A stretch of 64,000 bases of DNA from Myxococcota bacterium (GTDB lineage: Bacteria > Myxococcota_A > SURF-8). Below, in pieces: positions 48,823 through 56,140 of this stretch. Location of the stretch: NCBI GenBank assembly GCA_965140415.1, contig OZ223209.1:5911758-5975757 (forward strand), given 5' to 3'. Each line of letters opens with the position of its first letter. The first letter of the stretch is position 1. A program made the position numbers and the translations under genes. The notes beneath the pieces are model-generated. The model did not search any database, was not told where the DNA came from, and saw nothing but the letters and a program-made list of their open reading frames with translations.

Positions 48823-50619
48823 ATGAGCGCCAGGGTAAGCTATATTTTGATGGGGGTGATGGTGTTACTGCTGCTATGTGCAGCCACACCCGCCTTTGCA
48901 ACCAATCGCATCGAGTTGAAGGTGGACAAACCCTCTTTGACCATCGGCGATCTGCTGCAAGCCGAAGTCGTAGTGACCCTGGAAGATCCCGACCACGTGC
49001 GCAACATCACCTTCCCGGACTTCGAAGGCTTCAAGGTCATCAATAAAAGCAGCGGGCGGCAGTCGTATACATCCATCGTCAATTTCAAGATGACCAGCCA
49101 GGACATCACCACCACCACCTTCGTGCTGCAACCATTGAAGCTTGGCGAATTCACCCTGGGTCCGGCCTCCTTCCGGGAAAAGGGAAGGCTGGTGGAGTCG
49201 AACACGGCAAGGGTGAAAGTGATCGACTTGAAAGCGCTTAGCGGTCAGCAGGCCGCAGGCGAGATGGCGATTTCAGCCCCGCTTTCGGATGAAGAAGCCT
49301 TGAATCCGGGCTATTTCGCCCGCTTCATTCCCGAGCGAAATCAACTCGTGCAGGGCGAACAGATGGCGGCCACGCTGTATCTGTATATCGCCAACACCCA
49401 GATCAATCGTTGGGGTCAGGTCGCTCCACCGGACTTCGGCGGCTTTTCCGCCGAGCGGCTGGAACTGCCGGAAAGAGGAGACAAGCGCCGTCTGATCATC
49501 GGCAATCGCCAGTATCACGTCGAGGCACTGGACCGCTACCTGCTGACCGCCAGAACGCTTGGAAAGCAGGTACTGGCGCCGTACCGATTAAAGGTCATGC
49601 TGGGCGGCGACGGCTTTTTCGGCGGACGCTGGCAGAATATTCGCACCGCACCGGTGGAAGTGACGATCGACCCGCTGCCCGAACGTGAGGGGCAAGCGCC
49701 CCTGAATTCCTCGCTGGTGGGACAATTCCATCTACAGGCGTCGATCGATCGGGGTCGCACAGAAGTCGGCCAACCGGTGGCCTTGACCTTGCGCTTGAAC
49801 GGCAATCGCAACATGGACGACGTACCGCTGCCCAAGTTGCCGACGATTCCCAACACCAAAGTCTATCCGCCGACCGAAAAGAAGGAGAACATCCAGCACG
49901 GTTCACGCATCGAGGGTACCCGTACCGCCGAATATCTGATCGTTCCCAATAAGCAAGGCGCCTACACGATTCCCTCGATTTCCTTCGAGTATTACGACAC
50001 GAAAAAAGGCGGTTACAACACGCTGCAAACCCGTTCCTACACCTTCATGGCGGTGCCCTCCAAAGGCGGGGCGGCGTCTTCGACGGGCTATGGCGGCGTG
50101 ATCAAACAGGATCTGGCCATCGAAGAAGGCGCGCTGAGGCCCTTACGACCGAGCGCCGAATTGACGAACCACAACGGACAGTTTTTCGCCTCGGCTACGT
50201 TCTGGGGCTTGTTGTTGATTCCGCTGGCGCTGGTTTCGATGCTGTACCTGCTCGATCTGCTGCGCTGGCTGTTACCGCGCATCGGCGGCGGCGATCGCGC
50301 CAAACGGGAAAAGGAACTGAAAAGCCTGTGGGCCGATCTGGATGCCCGCGCAAGCAAGGTGGATAAAAGCTTCGCCTCCGATCTGTCCCACGCGCTGCTA
50401 GGCGAACTTGAACTGAAACTGAACCAGACGCTTTCCGGCTTGACGCTGGACCAACTGGAGCAGCGTCTCAGTCTGGCGGAAATTCCGCAGCCTTGGCGCG
50501 CCAATCTGCGGCGCTTATTGGAAACCTGCGATTTCATGCGCTATGCGCCCAATAGCGCCGAATCGGGACAGGAGTTGATCGGGCGGGCCAGGCAACTCAT
50601 CAAGGAGCTGCAAGCATGA
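48823..50619 (+). CDS. batD: BatD-family protein
   Basis: Signal peptide, three Ig-like units, VGQF, TM helix, CDFMRYAP. Confidence 0.88.
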   Translation: MSARVSYILMGVMVLLLLCAATPAFATNRIELKVDKPSLTIGDLLQAEVVVTLEDPDHVRNITFPDFEGFKVINKSSGRQSYTSIVNFKMTSQDITTTTFVLQPLKLGEFTLGPASFREKGRLVESNTARVKVIDLKALSGQQAAGEMAISAPLSDEEALNPGYFARFIPERNQLVQGEQMAATLYLYIANTQINRWGQVAPPDFGGFSAERLELPERGDKRRLIIGNRQYHVEALDRYLLTARTLGKQVLAPYRLKVMLGGDGFFGGRWQNIRTAPVEVTIDPLPEREGQAPLNSSLVGQFHLQASIDRGRTEVGQPVALTLRLNGNRNMDDVPLPKLPTIPNTKVYPPTEKKENIQHGSRIEGTRTAEYLIVPNKQGAYTIPSISFEYYDTKKGGYNTLQTRSYTFMAVPSKGGAASSTGYGGVIKQDLAIEEGALRPLRPSAELTNHNGQFFASATFWGLLLIPLALVSMLYLLDLLRWLLPRIGGGDRAKREKELKSLWADLDARASKVDKSFASDLSHALLGELELKLNQTLSGLTLDQLEQRLSLAEIPQPWRANLRRLLETCDFMRYAPNSAESGQELIGRARQLIKELQA

Positions 50620-51401
50620 AACGGCATTACTTTTTATGGTTGCTGATCCTGCTGTGCGTGCTGACGTGGGGAATCGTCGCTCATGCCGAGAATGACGCGG
50701 ACAGCCGCGCCCTGTTTGCCAAGGCCAACGAGCTTTCCATGAAAGGCGAAAACGAAAACGCGCTGCCGTTATACGAACAACTGTTGCAACGTGTGCCCAA
50801 CGACCCGGATCTGCTGTATAACGCCGGGACGACGAATCTGAAGGCGGGGCAGTTGGGCCGGGCGATTCTGTACATGGAACGGGCGCTTTCCTTGCGACCC
50901 GATTTCGACGACTGCCTGCACAACCTGCAAGAGGCGCGCGAGTTGCAGAAAGATCGCGTGATCGGGCAGGCCAGCGATCAACGCGACACCAGTATAAGCC
51001 TGGACAGTGTGATGAATGGCATGCAGACCGATACGCTGGCCATTGTATTCCTGGTCTTTTTCCTGCCACTTTTGTTCCTGCTGGCGCTGCGCCGCTGGAT
51101 ACGCTCGGAGCGCGGACGTTTTGGCCTGATGCTGGCCAACCTGATTCTGCTGGTGGCCGTGCTGGTTTCCGGCAGCCTGCTAACGTTGAAGGTGCAGGGC
51201 TACGAGGCGCATCGATATGCCGTGGTGCTCTCGGAGGAAACGGTGGTGCATGAAGGCCCCAACCTGAATTACCCGGACGCCTTTACCGTTCACGAAGGGC
51301 TCAAGCTGCGGCTGGGCGAGCAGGTGGAGGACTGGCGGCAGGTCTGGCTGGAAAACGGTCTGAACGGCTATCTCCCCGAAAAAGATCTCGGCGCGATTTA
51401 G
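50616..51401 (+). CDS. batE: TPR/SH3 protein BatE
   Basis: LLYNAG..GRAILYMERAL, two TM helices, VHEGLK...GYL SH3-like end. Confidence 0.88.
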   Translation: MKRHYFLWLLILLCVLTWGIVAHAENDADSRALFAKANELSMKGENENALPLYEQLLQRVPNDPDLLYNAGTTNLKAGQLGRAILYMERALSLRPDFDDCLHNLQEARELQKDRVIGQASDQRDTSISLDSVMNGMQTDTLAIVFLVFFLPLLFLLALRRWIRSERGRFGLMLANLILLVAVLVSGSLLTLKVQGYEAHRYAVVLSEETVVHEGPNLNYPDAFTVHEGLKLRLGEQVEDWRQVWLENGLNGYLPEKDLGAI

Positions 51402-51569
51402 AATCAGCAACAGCTGTTTTGGGATTGGGGCGTTTTGTGCTATGCTCCCCTCGATTGAAAAACATGCGAGCGGATTCGATTCGGATCGAACCCGGCCCGG
51501 CATTCGTGTTTTTAAAATAGAAACGAACCAATTACGCGGGAGAGGGTGTTTCTCCCGGAGGATATCGGC

Positions 51570-52610
51570 ATGACGCGTTGGAGTTATCTGATCGGTTTCG
51601 GGCTTTTATTCGCACTTCTATTCAGCGGTTGCGCAAGCTTTATAGAGTTGAAGGGCAAGGACTACCCGGCCTCGGCGAAACTGAACTACGAAGCCGGCTT
51701 AAAGGCGCTGGGCGATGAAAACTACGAAGTGGCGGGCAACTATTTCCAGCTGGTGAAAAACAAATACAGCTATTCCAAGTACGCCACGGTCTCGGAACTG
51801 CTGATTTCGGAAACCTACTACCGGCGCGACATGTTCAGCGAGGCGATCACGTCGTTTTTGATCTTCATTCGCAATCATCCCACACATCCCTGCGTTCCCT
51901 TTGCCCAGTTCAAAATCGGCGAGTCCTATTTCGAACAGATGCCGGAAGACTGGTGGTTCATGCCACCCACCCACGAACGGGATCAGAAGCTGACTCAGGA
52001 TGCGATGGTCAGCTACGAGCGGCTGATCAACCTGGAAAAGGCGCGGGATTACCACTTCAGTTCGAAATTCAAGCCGATCAAGATCTCAACCTGCGATTCA
52101 CGCAATTACGACCAGATCCGCAGCATGCTTTATCTCTCCAAGAAGCGCGTGAAAACCTGCATGCAACGTTTGATCGCGCGGGAAGTTTATGTGGCCAAGT
52201 TCTATTTGGACAAAGACAAGCCGATGGGCGCGGTCATGCGTCTGGAAGCGGCAGTCGATGAGTACCCGATGGTTGCGGAAGATTTGGAATTCATTTCTCT
52301 ATTGGCGGAGAGTTACAAGCAGGCGCATATGTACAAGCGCGCGCGCGCAACCTGGCGCTGGGTCGCCCAGGCTCACCCGACTAGCACGGAGGCTTCCGAA
52401 CTGGACGAAAACCTGGCGGATCTCGATGAGGCCGAGCAGGACTATATCGAGGATCAGAAACGGCGGGCCGAAAAACGCGTGCCCAAAGAAGAACGCTGGA
52501 AGAAGATCCGCGAAGAAAACAACTTGCAGGATCTGCAACCCGATCCCGATCCGAATGATAATGACCGCATTCCCCTGCCCGATCCGCAGAAAATGAGACG
52601 GCAGTTTTGA
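51570..52610 (+). CDS. bamD: Outer membrane protein assembly lipoprotein BamD
   Basis: Lipobox FSGC, YSYSKYA, FIRNHPTHP..AQFKIG, RDQ, EVYVAKFY. Confidence 0.85.
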   Translation: MTRWSYLIGFGLLFALLFSGCASFIELKGKDYPASAKLNYEAGLKALGDENYEVAGNYFQLVKNKYSYSKYATVSELLISETYYRRDMFSEAITSFLIFIRNHPTHPCVPFAQFKIGESYFEQMPEDWWFMPPTHERDQKLTQDAMVSYERLINLEKARDYHFSSKFKPIKISTCDSRNYDQIRSMLYLSKKRVKTCMQRLIAREVYVAKFYLDKDKPMGAVMRLEAAVDEYPMVAEDLEFISLLAESYKQAHMYKRARATWRWVAQAHPTSTEASELDENLADLDEAEQDYIEDQKRRAEKRVPKEERWKKIREENNLQDLQPDPDPNDNDRIPLPDPQKMRRQF

Positions 52611-53062
52611 TGCCCAATTCGATGATCCGCATTTCTCTTATTCAATCGCTGGCAATCGTTTCGCTTTTGCTGATCAGCTTTGGGTTCTGTGCTTGCAGCC
52701 CCGATGCGTCCGATGATGACCAGGACCGCATCGAGCAACTGCTTGATTCCCGCAGAAAAGCCATGGAAGCCCGTGACATCGATTCCTACATGGCGCTGGT
52801 TGCGGAAAATTACCAGGGAGCAATTGGCGATAAACCCGCAGTGGGACGCATGATAAGCGAATTGCTGCATGCCTACGAGAGCCTGTCGGTTCGCATTTCC
52901 GATCGACGCATCCAAATCGACGGCGAACACGCCAAAGCCAGCCAGCACTATTTCCTGATCGCCAAGAACCAAGGGGAAGTGCAATCGCTGAAAGGCAATG
53001 AAAGCCTGAATCTGACCAAACAGGCAGGAGACTGGAAGATCAGCGGCGGCCTGGGAGAATAG
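52607..53062 (+). CDS. NTF2/SnoaL-like lipoprotein
   Basis: Lipobox FCAC, A..ARDIDSYMALVAENY, C-terminal GDWKISGGL; start uncertain. Confidence 0.7.
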   Translation: MMPNSMIRISLIQSLAIVSLLLISFGFCACSPDASDDDQDRIEQLLDSRRKAMEARDIDSYMALVAENYQGAIGDKPAVGRMISELLHAYESLSVRISDRRIQIDGEHAKASQHYFLIAKNQGEVQSLKGNESLNLTKQAGDWKISGGLGE

Positions 53063-53064
53063 AT

Positions 53065-53110
53065 CTGATGTCGGATTCATTGAATCCGACATCAGGCTAT
53101 GGCACACATT
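53065..53110. repeat. Perfect 15-bp inverted repeat plus family-E end, marking the left edge of the AT-rich island
   Basis: ctgatgtcggattca-t-tgaatccgacatcag then ctatggcacacatt (same as 24391-24404). Confidence 0.75.
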
Positions 53111-53157
53111 TCATTCGTTAAAGGTTTCGGTTTGTCACGGCCACCCGCCTGTATTAT

Positions 53158-54795
53158 TTATGGGACATTAAAATGTTTGTCCAAAAATGCCAAGATGGTG
53201 GAGTTTGCTCTAAAAGGATATGTGGAAAGGAAGAAAGGCAAAAAGGATGGGAATCTGACCATAGTATCAGGAAGCATATTTTCCTTATAGGAGTTCGCTT
53301 GAGCGACAAGCATTTTCCAACTTTGTTCTTTTTTCACTATAGTCGTCCTATTCTCTGCTTTCTCAATTCTCCACAAATAGTAATCAGTCGAATCGTCAGG
53401 AATTACCTCTTCGAAATTCATGAAAGAAATATCGCACCATGTATCTTCCAAAAATTTACGTAGACCACGTCTTGCAATAATTTCAACTAATGGTTTTAGC
53501 AAATATGAACTTCTATGACATACGTCATCAGGTGGATTTTCGTTTAACCCAAAATGATCCTTTGCAGCATTTTCCAAATCGAAATATGGCGGTTTTAAGC
53601 CAACTTTTCCTTCTGATGATTTTCCATTTCGATCGAGTATCTTCTTTACTGCATTTTTAATAAGTTCATTGGAAAGCTCCGATAGTTCTTGTACGTTTTT
53701 ATAAATCAATGAAATAATAATTAAAAGAACCAGTGATGCTTCTCCCCAAATAAAAATGGAATCCTTTAATTGATCTAGGATTTCTGTACTGAAAAGAGTG
53801 TTCCATTTTTCATCATTGGCAATCAATTCTGATAACTTAAGAGGGTAAACAATGGAAATGGCGCTATATTTTCTAAATCGCATTAATTCAGCATCAAACG
53901 GAGATGTTGGAGTTGTTTTAAAAATACCATCCGAAACTTCTTTTTCTAATTGCCTTGATGTAAAAACAATATCGTTCCAAACAATCCGGTAGGTATTAAT
54001 CCAATATTTATCAGGTAATGAGTGTTTATCAACAATATAAAAAATATAAGATATAAGCATAGTCATAATACGTACTACAGATGTATGGTTTTTCTTTTCT
54101 CTGTATGGACCAGCAATCATCGTAGTGTACAGAAGAGCTCCAGCGATATCTCTTCGGCGTCTCTCTTTTGATCTATTACTCTTATTAATATTCATGATAC
54201 TAGACAAAAACAAACTCAAATTATGTAAATTTGGCAATCCTGTACCACCATCAGCAAATACCAAATCTATTAGTGTTTTATACATTTCTGCGTTTGAAGG
54301 AAATACGCCATTGGACATGTTTAAGAAACCTCTTAGAAGATCTCCTCTTGTCCAAACACGAAGAGGTGATTTTTTCCATCTTCCCTCGTTTAAACCTATA
54401 ATCTCACTTCTAGCGGCATCTTCAATTTCTCCATTGGTAATCAAGTATGATATATGAGGTGTTGCTTTATTGATTTCTGGATGTTGGATTGGAATATCAA
54501 TTAATGAATCAATTTCTGGTCTCACTTCTGTCCGCCATCTATGCAAGCTGATATTTCCTCCTTTTAGCTGAAATCCACAAGGAATGCCATTCTCTTCAAT
54601 AGCGACAACATCTTTTCCTTGTTCAAAATTAGTATTTTTTATTTGGTATTTTATAGTAAAACCACTGGATATTAATAATTCACAAAACACTGGTTGATAG
54701 CCTAGCTCATTTGATGAATCTAACCAATGCTCAATAGCTCTTTGAAGAAATGGATCGTTAGGAACTGTTTGTTTAATTGATTGTTTCTCCATCAC
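53158..54795 (-). CDS. Hypothetical protein with N-terminal Mrr-like PD-(D/E)XK nuclease domain
   Basis: AT-rich 545-aa ORF; NELGYQ..EQGKDVVA..GFQLKGG..YLITNG pattern. Confidence 0.7.
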   Translation of the reverse strand: MMEKQSIKQTVPNDPFLQRAIEHWLDSSNELGYQPVFCELLISSGFTIKYQIKNTNFEQGKDVVAIEENGIPCGFQLKGGNISLHRWRTEVRPEIDSLIDIPIQHPEINKATPHISYLITNGEIEDAARSEIIGLNEGRWKKSPLRVWTRGDLLRGFLNMSNGVFPSNAEMYKTLIDLVFADGGTGLPNLHNLSLFLSSIMNINKSNRSKERRRRDIAGALLYTTMIAGPYREKKNHTSVVRIMTMLISYIFYIVDKHSLPDKYWINTYRIVWNDIVFTSRQLEKEVSDGIFKTTPTSPFDAELMRFRKYSAISIVYPLKLSELIANDEKWNTLFSTEILDQLKDSIFIWGEASLVLLIIISLIYKNVQELSELSNELIKNAVKKILDRNGKSSEGKVGLKPPYFDLENAAKDHFGLNENPPDDVCHRSSYLLKPLVEIIARRGLRKFLEDTWCDISFMNFEEVIPDDSTDYYLWRIEKAENRTTIVKKEQSWKMLVAQANSYKENMLPDTMVRFPSFLPFFLSTYPFRANSTILAFLDKHFNVP

Positions 54796-55400
54796 TAATC
54801 AATGATCCTTCTCGTAGCCATTTCTTTTAAATGCTCTTTATACTTTTTATCCAATATTTCCTCCATTCTTTTATGAAAAGTTAGTTTTTCTTCTTGAGTT
54901 TCTTGCTTCGCAAGCTCTAATGCTTTTTCTATGGTCGTTGGATGAGTTGCAATACCAGGAAGATTAGGTTTCGACCTGTCTTCATTTTCGAATGAAATAG
55001 GTAATTTTTCTAGTGCTTCCAGGTAAGAATCACTGGTTAAACCACCCTTACTTGAAATGATATTCCCTGTCTCTTCGACAGCCTCGTTTGCAGCCTTAAT
55101 AATACTGCTGTCAATTTGTCCGGCGATATCCTTGGCCAAATTCACGAATTGATTACTCCAATCTTCGGAAGTTATTTTGTAGAAGTCTTCGTTTTTTATT
55201 GTTGCCGTACTGCTCACCTCCTTCAACTCGCTAATAATGTGGGTGTCGTTCTCTCTAACTATTCCCATTTTATTTCCTTCACATAGAGGTTTTTGTGATA
55301 CGAACACAAGCATTTGTGCTTGTATATCAATCTGCTTTTTCAGAAACTGGGATAAACTTCTCTCTAGTTTCTTTTTGATTTCAGGAAAATCTGCAATCAT
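54795..55400 (-). CDS. Hypothetical protein (201 aa), translationally coupled to the downstream gene
   Basis: Uninterrupted ORF in AT-rich DNA; TAG overlaps the next GTG/ATG. Confidence 0.8.
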   Translation of the reverse strand: MIADFPEIKKKLERSLSQFLKKQIDIQAQMLVFVSQKPLCEGNKMGIVRENDTHIISELKEVSSTATIKNEDFYKITSEDWSNQFVNLAKDIAGQIDSSIIKAANEAVEETGNIISSKGGLTSDSYLEALEKLPISFENEDRSKPNLPGIATHPTTIEKALELAKQETQEEKLTFHKRMEEILDKKYKEHLKEMATRRIID

Positions 55401-55431
55401 TATATTCTTCTCTTATTTAAAGCCCCGCAAA

Positions 55432-55484
55432 TCGGGTCATCTGACCCGACAATTCAAGGCAGCGTCGGGTGAAAACTACCCGAC
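55432..55484. repeat. Two family F hairpins
   Basis: tcgggtca-tc-tgacccga and gtcgggt-gaaaact-acccgac. Confidence 0.75.
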
Positions 55485-55497
55485 TAATATTTAATCA

Positions 55498-55734
55498 TTA
55501 ATACTGTAGGACTGTTACCATAGCTGTGACTGCACTAGCTAGCGATGCTATGGCTGAAACTAAAGCAACAACCCATAGTCTGCCATCCCTAATACTTCTC
55601 TCTGCATTCATAACCAATTCTTGATACTTCCATTCTAAGTCTGAAATTGAACCTACAGTATGGTTGGCCATAGAAATCCCCAGTTCAATCATTCTCTTGT
55701 CCAACTCTTTTCCTTTAAGAAGCTTCTTACTCAT
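55498..55734 (-). CDS. Small hypothetical protein with C-terminal TM helix
   Basis: RBS aggag upstream of ATG; 78 aa ending in a hydrophobic helix. Confidence 0.7.
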   Translation of the reverse strand: MSKKLLKGKELDKRMIELGISMANHTVGSISDLEWKYQELVMNAERSIRDGRLWVVALVSAIASLASAVTAMVTVLQY

Positions 55735-55904
55735 AAGGTTCTCCTATCGTGTGACAAAATAATAGTATTTCAAAAGCGATGCCAAAATCTATTCTATATG
55801 ACATCCACATGCCACAATAATATAACAATGAATATTATGAAGTCAAGTAGCTATGGGTGCTTTTTTATCAAAAAACTGTTCGATATCTTAATTGGCGACA
55901 AATT

Positions 55905-55930
55905 TGTCGGGTGAAAACCACCCGACCTAC
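55905..55930. repeat. Family F hairpin ending in CTAC
   Basis: tgtcgggtg-aaaac-cacccgac-ctac; near-identical to 55464-55484. Confidence 0.78.
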
Positions 55931-56088
55931 TACTTAGCTCGGCACCATGCAAAGCATTTTGTCCGAATCCAATCACACAAAATATTATACCATACTCTGT
56001 AGAAGAAAGTCAAATGGTATACAGTTGTATAATTGAAAGCACGTTAAACAAGGTGCGTATTGTTTCTAGAAAGATAATCTATACCGTG

Positions 56089-56119
56089 AAAACGCCCCGG
56101 CCAGATGACCGGGGCGCGT
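56089..56119 (-). terminator. Intrinsic terminator of nrdJ
   Basis: aaaa-cgccccgg-ccagatga-ccggggcg, about 25 nt past the stop. Confidence 0.7.
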
Positions 56120-56140
56120 GAGATTCGGAAGCGGAGAAAT

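Noticed and set aside
53065-55930. Classical integron cassette array
   Set aside because: No intI in the window, and the hairpins are too short and lack recognisable attC R-box architecture
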